Source: Tagaea sp. (GTDB taxonomy: Bacteria; Pseudomonadota; Alphaproteobacteria; CACIAM-22H2). Taken from it: a stretch of 64,000 bases of DNA. Shown here piece after piece: positions 1-9,029 of the stretch. The first letter of the stretch is position 1, and each line of letters starts with the position of its first letter. The notes below the pieces were generated by a model that was not told where the DNA came from, did no database searches, and saw only the letters and a list, made by a program, of their open reading frames with translations. A program made the translations under genes and the position numbers. The stretch covers positions 576,001-640,000 of the forward strand of contig CBDIIB010000004.1 of NCBI GenBank assembly GCA_965279525.1. The letters run 5' to 3'.

Positions 1-101
1 ACGAGAACCGGCGCGTGGCCCGGGTATTCGGAACGCCGCCGGCACCGCCGCCGCCCGGTCGCAGCGGCGCCACGCGCGATCCGATCAATTTCGTCGCCTG
101 A
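1..101 (+). CDS. 3' end of an unidentified CDS entering the window (partial)
   Basis: Open frame from position 3 (ENRRVARVFGTPPAPPPPGRSGATRDPINFVA) ending in TGA at 99-101, with GC-rich codon usage. Confidence 0.4.
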   Translation, partial: ENRRVARVFGTPPAPPPPGRSGATRDPINFVA

Positions 102-228
102 TTTCACGATTTTTCCTGCGGTCCCTTCGTCCCGACGACCCCGCGATTCCGGATTTTCGAAGCGAGACAGGGACGGATGAAATCGTCTAGGTTTTGCCCG
201 GAACGACACTGACGCGGCGCACCAGACG

Positions 229-558
229 ATGAACGAACTCGGCGACACGCTGAAAAGCCTAGATGCCGTAGGTCCGGAAAAAGCCCTAGGCGTATTCGTT
301 GCCGCGGTCCGCAGCGCGGTACCCGACGCGCCCGCGTGCTATTTCGACCTCATGTCGGCAGAGGATGCCGAGCGCCGCCGCCTGCAGCGGCAGTGCGAGA
401 CCCATTTCAAGTCGTTGCCGCTGTCGGTGCGCGAAGTCATCCGCCGCGAAGCGATCGTCAAGGCACAGGAGATCGTGCAGAGCCCGTTCGAGCGTCTCGC
501 CGCATCGATGACGTCGTCGATGGAAGAGACGAGCCTGGACGACCTTTTCCCGAAGTGA
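229..558 (+). CDS. hypothetical protein (109 aa)
   Basis: ATG-started ORF with normal composition filling the gap before tRNA-Arg; no family recognised. Confidence 0.6.
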   Translation: MNELGDTLKSLDAVGPEKALGVFVAAVRSAVPDAPACYFDLMSAEDAERRRLQRQCETHFKSLPLSVREVIRREAIVKAQEIVQSPFERLAASMTSSMEETSLDDLFPK

Positions 559-575
559 TGTCCCGCCCGGGCGGC

Positions 576-652
576 TGGCGAGCCCAGCTGGATTCGAACC
601 AGCGACCTACAGCTTAGAAGGCTGTTGCTCTATCCAGCTGAGCTATGGGCCC
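576..652 (-). tRNA. tRNA-Arg (anticodon UCU)
   Basis: Reverse complement GGGCCCATAGCTCAGCTGGATAGAGCAACAGCCTTCTAAGCTGTAGGTCGCTGGTTCGAATCCAGCTGGGCTCGCCA folds as a cloverleaf; TTCGAAT T-loop; encoded CCA. Confidence 0.97.
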
Positions 653-668
653 GTCCGGCGCGCGAAGA

Positions 669-968
669 TCAGCGGATCCGGTCGAATTTGAAATTGTCGG
701 CGTATGCCTTCGGTCTCACGCGAACCGAATTCGCCACGCCGATCTCGTAAGCGATCTCGTGGCGGCCGGCATAGGCGATGGCCTCGTCCTGGCTGGCGAA
801 GTGCAGCTGGACCTGGCCTTGCGTGTCGGCCGATCCGGCCCAGCCCATCAGCGCATCGGGTCGCTTCGCGGCTGCCGGCTCGAACTCGAGCACCCACGCC
901 TTGCACTTGGCGCGGCCTGACTGCATGGCGGTCTTGGTCGGCTTGAAGATGCGGGCGGGCTTGGTCAT
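669..968 (-). CDS. ETC complex I accessory subunit, NDUFS4-like
   Basis: ARIFKPTKTAMQSGRA..W.LEF..PDALMGW..S.D...QV.L.F...AIAYA..PKAYADNF pattern; start taken at MTKPAR. Confidence 0.9.
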   Translation of the reverse strand: MTKPARIFKPTKTAMQSGRAKCKAWVLEFEPAAAKRPDALMGWAGSADTQGQVQLHFASQDEAIAYAGRHEIAYEIGVANSVRVRPKAYADNFKFDRIR

Positions 969-1212
969 GGCGCGAAGAGTCCCCTGTCGATCGGCGGACT
1001 TTACCATCGTTTGCGCGGCAGGCAACTCGCCGGCCACAACCGCAAAGCACCGGGCCTTCCCGGCGTCGGGAAGGCACGAGAAACTCCGGGCATGGCCAAT
1101 TTTCGACCTCAACCAATCACTTATTAATCCTTTACCATTCCTCCAATGGTTGCCCGCATTTGGGGACTATGGTATTTCGGCCGTCGATCGATTTTTTGTC
1201 AGGGCCAAGAAC

Positions 1213-1899
1213 ATGGATGGAGACCAGACGCCCAAGGAACGCCCCGACGTGGTGTCGGCGCTGCGTGCGTTTCTGGCCAGCGTGCAATTGCCCGACAACG
1301 GCCGATTGCCCAACGAACGCGATCTGGCGGCAAGGCTCGGCATCACGCGCGCGGAACTGCGCAAGGGGCTGGCGGTCCTGGAAGGCGAAGGTCAGCTCTG
1401 GCGGCGCGTCGGAACCGGAACCTTCGTCGGCCCGAAGCCGCCGCAGATGCTCGACATCGCCGAACTGGCCGAGCGGACCAACGCGCTCCAGATGATGCGT
1501 GCGCGCATCGCGCTGGAGCCGGAACTCGCCCATCTTGCGGCCCTGAACATCTCGGCGGCCGAGATCGCCGAACTGCAGGCGCTGAACAAGGCCTGCCGGT
1601 CGGCGAAAAACTGGCGCGAGTACGAAGCCTTAGACGCGCGGTTCCATCACGGGATCGCCGAGGCCGCGCGCAACCCCGTCCTGCTGGCGATGCTGGACAC
1701 GCTCAACGGCGTGCGTCGTGCGGTCACGTGGGGGCGCCCCCGCCCCGAAGGCGACCGCCCGTCGACGGCTCACCACAGCTTCACCGACCACGACGCGATC
1801 GTCGACGCGATTTCCCACGGCGAACCGCTCAAGGCGGCGGAATCGATGCGGCGCCACCTCCAGACGGTCGAGGACCGGCTCGTCGGCCGCCTGCCCTAA
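1213..1899 (+). CDS. GntR family (FadR/FCD) transcriptional regulator
   Basis: RLPNERDLAARLGITRAELRKGL...G.GTFV winged HTH plus FCD domain (DARFHHGIAEAARNP); start at MDGDQ. Confidence 0.92.
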   Translation: MDGDQTPKERPDVVSALRAFLASVQLPDNGRLPNERDLAARLGITRAELRKGLAVLEGEGQLWRRVGTGTFVGPKPPQMLDIAELAERTNALQMMRARIALEPELAHLAALNISAAEIAELQALNKACRSAKNWREYEALDARFHHGIAEAARNPVLLAMLDTLNGVRRAVTWGRPRPEGDRPSTAHHSFTDHDAIVDAISHGEPLKAAESMRRHLQTVEDRLVGRLP

Positions 1900-3257
1900 C
1901 CGGCGAGTTCCGCGACTTCGCCGCCCTGCGGCACCGAACAGATCCATCCCAGCCGGCGTTCGATCTCGGCACGCAGGGCCTCGGCTGCCGGCGGCTCGCC
2001 GTGCGTGACGAAGCAGTGCTTCGGTTTCGCTTCGAATTTCGATAGCCAGGAAAGGATCTCTTCGCGGTCCGCGTGCGCGGACAGCATGCCGAGATTGAAG
2101 ACATCGGCGGCGATCGCCACCTGTGCCCCGTGGATCTTCACGCTTCGCGCACCCGCGACCATTGCCGCACCGCGCGTCCCGGCCGCCTGGAAGCCCGCGA
2201 ACAGGATCGTGTTCGCGGGATCGGGACCGAGCGACTTCAGGTGATGCAGGACGCGCCCGCCCGTCGCCATCCCGCTCGCAGACAGGATGATCCGTGGCAC
2301 GCGACTTTGGCCCAGCCGCTTCGATTCCTCGACGCTGTCGACATAGCGCGCCGTCGCGGCAAGGCCGGCGCATTCTCGCGCATCGAGACGGTGCGCGCCG
2401 AGATGGCTGGCGAAGACCTTGCTCGCTGCACTCGCCATCGGGCTGTCGACGAACACCGGAAGGTCGGGAATGCGGCCCGCCAGCTTCAGCCGATGGATAT
2501 GCAGAAGCAGCGTCTGCACGCGCCCCACCGCGAACGTCGGAATCAGGACGCTGCCGCCGCGAGCGGCAGTCCGGACGACGATGTCGGCGATCATGTCCTC
2601 GGGATCGGTCGTCTCGTGCATCCGGTCGCCATAGGTCGATTCCACGACGACAAAATCGGCCCGACGGACGATCTGCGGGTCCAGCATCGTCGGACTGCCG
2701 GGCCGGCCCAGATCGCCGGAGAAAAGGATGGTCCGCCCGGCAGCCGACAGTTCGACCGTCGCCGCACCCAGGATGTGGCCTGCCGGGCGGAAGCGCGCCG
2801 ATATGCCGGGAGCGGCTTCGAAGGCCCGCTCGAACGGTTGCGGTTCGAAGCCGTCGAGGCTCGAGATCGCCTCCGCCGCCGTATAGAGCGGCAAGGCGGG
2901 ATGATGCTTCGAGAAACCGTGCCGGTTGGCGTACTCGGCCTCCTTCTCCTGCAGATAGCCGCTGTCTGGCAGGAGTATCGCGCAAAGGTCGCGTGTGGGT
3001 GCCGTGCAATGGATCGGCCCGCGGAAACCGTCGCGAACCAACAGCGGCAGGTAGCCCGAATGGTCGAGATGGGCGTGCGTCAGCACGACCGCATCGATCC
3101 GGGCCGGCTCGACCGGAAACGGCGCGCGATTGCGAAGCCGGAGCTCCTTCAGACCCTGGAACAGGCCGCAATCGACGAGGACGCGCCGGCCCGAAACCTC
3201 GACCAAGCACTTGGAACCGGTGACGGTCCCTGCCCCGCCCAGAAACGTCAGCCGCAC
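1896..3257 (-). CDS. MBL-fold metallo-hydrolase, beta-CASP RNA-processing family
   Basis: FLGGAGTVTGS, LTHAHLDHSG, AGHILGA, ESTYG, SAHAD and THGE motifs. Confidence 0.92.
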   Translation of the reverse strand: MRLTFLGGAGTVTGSKCLVEVSGRRVLVDCGLFQGLKELRLRNRAPFPVEPARIDAVVLTHAHLDHSGYLPLLVRDGFRGPIHCTAPTRDLCAILLPDSGYLQEKEAEYANRHGFSKHHPALPLYTAAEAISSLDGFEPQPFERAFEAAPGISARFRPAGHILGAATVELSAAGRTILFSGDLGRPGSPTMLDPQIVRRADFVVVESTYGDRMHETTDPEDMIADIVVRTAARGGSVLIPTFAVGRVQTLLLHIHRLKLAGRIPDLPVFVDSPMASAASKVFASHLGAHRLDARECAGLAATARYVDSVEESKRLGQSRVPRIILSASGMATGGRVLHHLKSLGPDPANTILFAGFQAAGTRGAAMVAGARSVKIHGAQVAIAADVFNLGMLSAHADREEILSWLSKFEAKPKHCFVTHGEPPAAEALRAEIERRLGWICSVPQGGEVAELAG

Positions 3258-3266
3258 TGCGCGGTC

Positions 3267-4289
3267 TCAGCGCTTCTCGTTCAGCATCGGGAAGCCGCGC
3301 TGATGCCAGACCGGATATGCGGGCGTGACGTCACTGGCGGCGTCGAGCGCAGCGCGATGTTCGGCCGACAGGTTCCAGCCGACAGCGCCCATGTTCTCGA
3401 CAAGCTGCTTCTCGTCACGCGCGCCGATGATCAGCGTCGAGACCGTCTTCTGCTGGAGAAGCCAGTTGAGCGCCACCTGCGGGATCGTCTTGCCCGTCGC
3501 CTTCGCGACCGCGTCGAGCGCGTCGACGATGCGGTAAAGGCGCTCGGGCTCGAACTTCGGTCCGGTTTCCGGAATCTGCGCGGCACGCGTTCCGGCCGGT
3601 GCCGGCTGGCCGCGCCGGATCCGGCCAGTGAGCTTGCCCCAGCCAAGCGGGCTCCACACGACCGCCCCCACGCCCTGATCCTGGCCAAGCGGCATCAGCT
3701 CCCACTCGTAGTCGCGGTTGAGCAGCGAATAGTAGGCCTGGTGCGCCACATGGCGCGGATAGCCGTAGCGGTCGGAGACGTTGAGCGACTTCATCAGATG
3801 CCAACCCGAGAAGTTCGAACAGCCGATGTAGCGGATCTTTCCGGCCTTCACGAATCCGTCGAGCGTGGCGAGCGTTTCCTCGACCGGCGTGTTGTAATCC
3901 TGACCGTGCAGCTGGAAGAGGTCGATATGGTCGACCGCCATCCGCTTCAGCGCCTTGTCGACCGCCTCGGTCAAATACTGGCGCGACGAACCGTAGTCGT
4001 TTGGTCCCGTCCCCGTCGGGAACGTCGCCTTGGTCGAGATCAGAACGCGCTCGCGTTTGCCCTTGATCGCCTGCCCGAGGATCGTCTCGGCAAGGCCGGC
4101 CGAATATCCCGAAGCGCTGTCGAACATCGAAACGCCGTGGTCGAGGCAGATGTCGACGAGGCGCGAAGCGCCCGCCGCGTCGGTCGATCCCCACGCCTTG
4201 AAGAAGTCGTTGCCGCCGCCGAACGTGCCGGTGCCGAAACTGAGGGCGGGCACGCGAAGGCCCGAATTTCCGAGGCGGCGATATTCCAT
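3267..4289 (-). CDS. aldo/keto reductase
   Basis: RRLGNSGLRV, ISTKA, IDLFQLH, GKIRYIGCSNF, WSPLGWG motifs; AGGAG RBS upstream. Confidence 0.93.
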   Translation of the reverse strand: MEYRRLGNSGLRVPALSFGTGTFGGGNDFFKAWGSTDAAGASRLVDICLDHGVSMFDSASGYSAGLAETILGQAIKGKRERVLISTKATFPTGTGPNDYGSSRQYLTEAVDKALKRMAVDHIDLFQLHGQDYNTPVEETLATLDGFVKAGKIRYIGCSNFSGWHLMKSLNVSDRYGYPRHVAHQAYYSLLNRDYEWELMPLGQDQGVGAVVWSPLGWGKLTGRIRRGQPAPAGTRAAQIPETGPKFEPERLYRIVDALDAVAKATGKTIPQVALNWLLQQKTVSTLIIGARDEKQLVENMGAVGWNLSAEHRAALDAASDVTPAYPVWHQRGFPMLNEKR

Positions 4290-4402
4290 GTGCGAGATCT
4301 CCTTCTTCGTGCCGAGCAGGCCAGACGGCCGGCGTGCTTGTCAACCCTGCGGCCGCAGTGCGAGAATCCGGCTCCCGACAACCGGCGGAGCGAATCAACA
4401 CG

Positions 4403-4882
4403 ATGACCGAATTTTTCTGGCGCTCGCTCGCGATCGGCATCGGTGCCACCGCACTCATGGATGTCTGGGCAATCTTCCTCAACCGGACTTTCGGAAAGCC
4501 GCTGCCGAACTGGGCGCTCGCCGGCCGCTGGTTCTGCCACATGACCAAGGGCAAGCTGTTCCACGACGACATCGCGGCGGCGGCGCCGTGGCCCAACGAA
4601 CTTGCCGTCGGCTGGATCGCGCACTATGCGATCGGCATCCTCTATGCCGGCATCCTGCTCGTTGTGGCGGGACCGGAATGGGCCGACGCCCCGACATTCC
4701 TGCCGGCCTGGATCCTCGGGCTTGTCACCGTGGGGGCGGGTTGGTTCCTCATGCAGCCCGGCATGGGTGCCGGCTGGGCGGCATCGAAGAAACCGAACCC
4801 GATGCAGATCCGTTTCCTCAACATCGCCGCGCACACCGTTTTTGCCGCAGGACTCTACGGGACGGCATTGCTGATCGCGTGA
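4403..4882 (+). CDS. DUF2938-like membrane protein
   Basis: GIGATALMDVW, GRWF.H, GWIAHYAIG, FLMQPGMGAGWAAS and AHTVF pattern; hydrophobic. Confidence 0.8.
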   Translation: MTEFFWRSLAIGIGATALMDVWAIFLNRTFGKPLPNWALAGRWFCHMTKGKLFHDDIAAAAPWPNELAVGWIAHYAIGILYAGILLVVAGPEWADAPTFLPAWILGLVTVGAGWFLMQPGMGAGWAASKKPNPMQIRFLNIAAHTVFAAGLYGTALLIA

Positions 4883-4895
4883 ACGCGGTTCGGCG

Positions 4896-6272
4896 TCAGA
4901 CGCTCGCCATCGCAGGAAGCCGCGATGCCGCCAGTGTCGGATCGGATGGCCCCTGGCATCTCAGATTGGTCGTCGTCGCCGAGACCATGTCGGTCCGCTC
5001 GAGGTCGGCTCCGCGCATGTCCGCATCCGAGAGATCGCAACCTCGCAAGATCGCGCGCCGCATCACCGCATCGCTGAGATCGGTATTCGAGAAATCGGCG
5101 CCGGTCGCTTGCGTATCGACAAAGCGTGTCGGCCATGTCGATCGGGCCGAACCGAGCGCGAGCGGAAGCGCCCCCAGGATCGCGCCGTTCAGGTCGGCTC
5201 CCATGAGATTGGCTTTCGAGAAGTTGGCGCCGCGCGCCTTGATGTTCCTGAGAACCGCTTCGGTGAACTGGCAGCCGATCATGCTTGCGAAGGCGAGATT
5301 GGCGCCGGTGAAGTCTGCCTTGCGGAACGTGCAGCGCAGGAACTTCGACACGGAAAGATTGGCGCCTGAGAAGTCGACATCGGAGAAGTCGTAGGATTCC
5401 ACGTCGAGCTGCACGCCCTCTTTTCCCGATGTGTTGACCCAGAGGGCGTGGGAGACAAGTGCTCCTGCCAGATCGAATCCCGCAGCCACCGGATCTATCG
5501 ACCGCTTGGTATTCGCCATGTTCACGACGGTCATGCTTGCCCCGTCGAACGAGGCGGCAACGAGGTCGGCGGACTCGAGGTTCGTACGCAACATCCGCGC
5601 CCCGCCGAATGTCGCACCGGCAAGAACGCAGTTTGACATGTTCGTGTTCGTGAGATCCGCGCCCTTGAAGATGGCGCCGGATAGATCCGAACCGCTGAGG
5701 TCAGCGCCGCTCAGGTTCGCGTTGGTGAGATTGCAGTTCGTCATGTCCGTCTTCGTGGCGAGAGCATGCCCGATACGCGCCTCGGTCATCGTCGTGCCGA
5801 CAAACCGGGCGTCGGATGCGTCGGTCACCGATTTCGTCGCCTTCGCATAGTCGAGTTCGCCGTGGGCGTCCTTGGAGACGAGCGTACCGTCGCGCATGTC
5901 GGCCTTGTGCATCGTTGCACCGCAGAAATCGGCCCCCCGGAGGCAGGCTGCGCGCAGGTCGACGCGCGTCATGTCGGCATCGACGAATGAGGACCGCTGG
6001 AGATCTGTTCCGTAGAAGCTCGCGCGCAGCAGCTTGGAACGGGTGAAGATGCTGTCGGCCAGGGAACTGCCGACGAACTCGGCGTCCGTAAGGTCGCAAC
6101 CCTTGAAGTCGAGCTTCTTGCCGTTGAGGAACTTGAGCACCATCCGCCTTCCACCCGACTTGCCGGTCAGCCAGCGCCCGTGTGCGGTCATCAATTGATT
6201 GAGGGCGACTTGGGTCAATTCGGGCGGGACAGGCGGTGCTGTCGCAACCGGATTGCGTTGTACGATCGTCAC
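4896..6272 (-). CDS. pentapeptide repeat protein
   Basis: Many A(D/N)LxG-type pentapeptides; GTG start at 6272 preceded by GGAGGT. Confidence 0.9.
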   Translation of the reverse strand: MTIVQRNPVATAPPVPPELTQVALNQLMTAHGRWLTGKSGGRRMVLKFLNGKKLDFKGCDLTDAEFVGSSLADSIFTRSKLLRASFYGTDLQRSSFVDADMTRVDLRAACLRGADFCGATMHKADMRDGTLVSKDAHGELDYAKATKSVTDASDARFVGTTMTEARIGHALATKTDMTNCNLTNANLSGADLSGSDLSGAIFKGADLTNTNMSNCVLAGATFGGARMLRTNLESADLVAASFDGASMTVVNMANTKRSIDPVAAGFDLAGALVSHALWVNTSGKEGVQLDVESYDFSDVDFSGANLSVSKFLRCTFRKADFTGANLAFASMIGCQFTEAVLRNIKARGANFSKANLMGADLNGAILGALPLALGSARSTWPTRFVDTQATGADFSNTDLSDAVMRRAILRGCDLSDADMRGADLERTDMVSATTTNLRCQGPSDPTLAASRLPAMASV

Positions 6273-6485
6273 TCGGCACCTCCGTCTCAGTCGCGAAGCG
6301 ATGCCGGTGGAAAGATCGAAGGAAGTCGCCGGCTTGCCGCGAGTTCTAGGCGGAAAGTGCAATTCCGGTCAGGGTCGGAATGTACTCAATTGATCCGGAT
6401 GCGCCTTCGGTTGCAGATCATCCGGGACAAGCTGGGCATGTCCGGCCACACAATTGCCGCATTGCGCCAACTTCAAATGAAGACC

Positions 6486-6561
6486 GGTCGGAGCGGAGGG
6501 ATTCGAACTCTCGACATCCAGCTCCCAAAGCTGGCGCTCTACCAGGCTGAGCTACGCTCCG
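6486..6561 (-). tRNA. tRNA-Pro (anticodon UGG)
   Basis: Reverse complement CGGAGCGTAGCTCAGCCTGGTAGAGCGCCAGCTTTGGGAGCTGGATGTCGAGAGTTCGAATCCCTCCGCTCCGACC; 3' end reads CCG rather than CCA. Confidence 0.93.
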
Positions 6562-6645
6562 GACCGGGCCTGTGAAGGTGCATGCCCCTTCGCGCGATGT
6601 GATACACGAACCGGACCCTGTCCGGCAACCTGAAGGAATCCCCCC

Positions 6646-7308
6646 ATGTCGCGCGCGATGTTCGGCCTGCCTGCGGAGATCCGCACCTATATCCAGTCCG
6701 TGTCGCTGCGCGAGACGCCGCTGCAGGGTCGCCTGCGCGCGGAGACCGCGAAGCTGCCGATGGGCGGCATGCAGATCAGCCCCGAGCAGGGCCAACTGAT
6801 GGCCCTGCTCGCCCGCCTGATCGACGCCAGGCTCTACGTCGAGGTCGGCACGTTCACCGGCTACAGCGCGCTCAGCGTCGTCCAGGCGATGCCGGCGGAC
6901 GGACGCGCGATCTGCTGCGACGTGTCCGAAGAATGGACATCGGTCGCGCGGCGATACTGGAGCGAAGCTGGCATCGCCGAGCGCATCGACCTGCGCCTTG
7001 CGCCCGCCGTCGAAACGCTCGATGCGCTGCTTGCCGGCGGATACGAAGGCAAGGTCGATCTCGCCTTCGTCGACGCCGACAAGACCGGCTATGCCGCCTA
7101 TGTCGAGCGCATCGCCCGTCTGCTGCGGCCCAACGGACTGCTGCTGATCGACAACGTGCTGTGGGGCGGCAAGGTCGCCGATCCGGCTGTGACAAGCGCG
7201 GATACGGTGGCACTGCGCGAACTCAACCTGCGCCTGAAGGACGATCCGCGCTTCGACATCTCGATGCTGCCCGTCGGTGACGGGCTGACGCTGGCGCGCA
7301 AGGTCTAG
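6646..7308 (+). CDS. class I SAM-dependent O-methyltransferase (caffeoyl-CoA OMT / COMT-like)
   Basis: MQISPEQGQ, EVGTFTGYS, FVDADK, DNVLWGG and GDGLTL motifs. Confidence 0.93.
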   Translation: MSRAMFGLPAEIRTYIQSVSLRETPLQGRLRAETAKLPMGGMQISPEQGQLMALLARLIDARLYVEVGTFTGYSALSVVQAMPADGRAICCDVSEEWTSVARRYWSEAGIAERIDLRLAPAVETLDALLAGGYEGKVDLAFVDADKTGYAAYVERIARLLRPNGLLLIDNVLWGGKVADPAVTSADTVALRELNLRLKDDPRFDISMLPVGDGLTLARKV

Positions 7309-7309
7309 C

Positions 7310-7771
7310 TCAGCGGAACATCGCGTGGACGAGCCTGTCGCCCTTCTTCAGGCCCAGGCGTGCCGCCGTGCCGCCGTTCAGTTCCAGTACGGCGCGCACG
7401 TTCTCTTCCGAGGAGATGATCGCTTCGGACATCGGCACCGCGCGCTCGTGGATGTGACGCACGATCCCGTCGCGGTCGACGAACAGCATGTCGAGCGGAA
7501 TGAGCGTGTTGCGCATCCACATCGCGACCGGCCCGTCGCGCTTGAAATCGAACAGCATGCCGGCATCTGCGGCCATCTGTCGGCGATGCATGAGGCCCAG
7601 CGTGCGCCGCTCGTCGTTGTCTGCGAACTCGACCGTGAAGCGGTGGCGCTTGCCTCCGCTCTCGATCGTCAGGTCCGACTTCTCGAAGCGGACCGTCGGA
7701 TTCTGCGCAGTCGCCGGCATGGCGAACGCGAAGGCCAGCACCAGTGCCACGAGGTTGCGTCGTGTCGTCAT
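7310..7771 (-). CDS. DUF192 family exported protein
   Basis: GLMHR, GMLF, MWMRNTLIPLDMLF and VLELNGG motifs; N-terminal signal peptide; start at MTTRR. Confidence 0.9.
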   Translation of the reverse strand: MTTRRNLVALVLAFAFAMPATAQNPTVRFEKSDLTIESGGKRHRFTVEFADNDERRTLGLMHRRQMAADAGMLFDFKRDGPVAMWMRNTLIPLDMLFVDRDGIVRHIHERAVPMSEAIISSEENVRAVLELNGGTAARLGLKKGDRLVHAMFR

Positions 7772-7785
7772 CTTTGTCCTTGCCC

Positions 7786-8892
7786 TCATGCGGCCCGGCG
7801 GACCATCTCGACGATCTCCGGACGGATCGGTCCGCCCGCAGGCGCATCGCGCAATGTCGTGAACCACGCTTCCGGCCTGATTTGATCCTTTCGCCGGTGC
7901 CAGTGCAAGGCCCGCAGGATCGCCTCGGCGGACTCCGGCAGACGATCCGGAATGTCGTGGCCGCTGAGCGTGGCCCACATGCCACTCCACGCGCGCGCCA
8001 CGCTCCAAGGGTTGTAGCCTCCGCCGCCGGTCATCAGCATCGGCCGGTCGAGCGACTTCAGTGCCGCGGCCGCGCGCCACAGCGCGTTGTTGGACAGCGA
8101 CAGGCCCGATAGCGGATCGTCGGCGAGCGCGTCCGCCCCGCCCTGCACGACCAGTGCTTCCGGACCGAACGCCGCCACGCGCGGCACCACGACTTCTTCC
8201 AGCAGCAAGGCGAACTCGTCGTCGTTGAAGCCTGCCGGTACAGGCAAGTTGACCAGCGTATCGCAGGTATCCGGATCGAATGCGCCCGTGTTCGGCCAGC
8301 GCCCGGCCTCATGGATCGAGACGATCAGCACGCGCGGGTCCTCGGCGAAGGCCGCTTCGACCCCGTCGCAATGATGCGCGTCGATGTCGACATAGGCCAC
8401 GCGTGCGACGCCGCGATCCAGCAAGCGCAGGATCGCCAGTACCGGATCGTTCAGATAACAGAATCCGCTCGCCGCCGCCTTGCGGCCATGATGGGTTCCG
8501 CCAGCCGGCGAATAGACCGTCCGCACCTGGCCGCCTGCCAGCAGGTCGGCCGCATGGAGCGAGGCGCCGCACGCGGTTGCCGGCCGACGGAAGATCTCGC
8601 CAAAGACCGGATTGCCGCCGCGCCCGATATTGAAGCGTACCGACGCCTCGGCGTCGATCGACTGCGCGGCTTCCGCCGCCTGCAGGGCCGCCACGTATTC
8701 CGGGTCGTGGAAGCGGGTCAGTTCGTCGGGTGTCGCGGTCGGGCTGTCGATATAGACGTCGTCCGGCAGCCAACCGAGCGCCCGGCAAAGGTCGATGCAG
8801 GTCGACACGCGCGGGATCGCCAGCGGATGGTTCGAGCCATAGCGCGACCGCCGGTAGATGTCCGAGCCGATGAAACGGGGGCGTGCCTGCAT
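7786..8892 (-). CDS. acuC: AcuC / histone deacetylase family Zn amidohydrolase
   Basis: HPL, GGTHH, SGFCYLND, DIDAHHCDG, GADALADDPL and GGGGY motifs. Confidence 0.9.
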   Translation of the reverse strand: MQARPRFIGSDIYRRSRYGSNHPLAIPRVSTCIDLCRALGWLPDDVYIDSPTATPDELTRFHDPEYVAALQAAEAAQSIDAEASVRFNIGRGGNPVFGEIFRRPATACGASLHAADLLAGGQVRTVYSPAGGTHHGRKAAASGFCYLNDPVLAILRLLDRGVARVAYVDIDAHHCDGVEAAFAEDPRVLIVSIHEAGRWPNTGAFDPDTCDTLVNLPVPAGFNDDEFALLLEEVVVPRVAAFGPEALVVQGGADALADDPLSGLSLSNNALWRAAAALKSLDRPMLMTGGGGYNPWSVARAWSGMWATLSGHDIPDRLPESAEAILRALHWHRRKDQIRPEAWFTTLRDAPAGGPIRPEIVEMVRRAA

Positions 8893-8947
8893 GCGAAGGA
8901 GTTAGTGCCGCTTGCCATCGGCGTCAACGAGGCGCTATATCGGGGCG

Positions 8948-9027
8948 TTCGCACGGGGTGCCGGCAGTGTGCCGGCTGAGATCACACCCGAGAACCTGAT
9001 CCGGTTCGTACCGGCGTAGGGATGCGC
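8948..9027 (+). ncRNA. TPP riboswitch (THI element)
   Basis: GGGGTG..CTGAGA..ACCC.AGAACCTGATCCGGTTCGTACCGGCGTAGGGA consensus directly upstream of thiamine-precursor ABC genes. Confidence 0.95.
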
Positions 9028-9029
9028 GC

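Noticed and set aside
121-175. Possible structured RNA (GTCCCT/AGGGAC enclosing small hairpins)
   Set aside because: Short stems are expected by chance at this GC content; no known riboswitch motif
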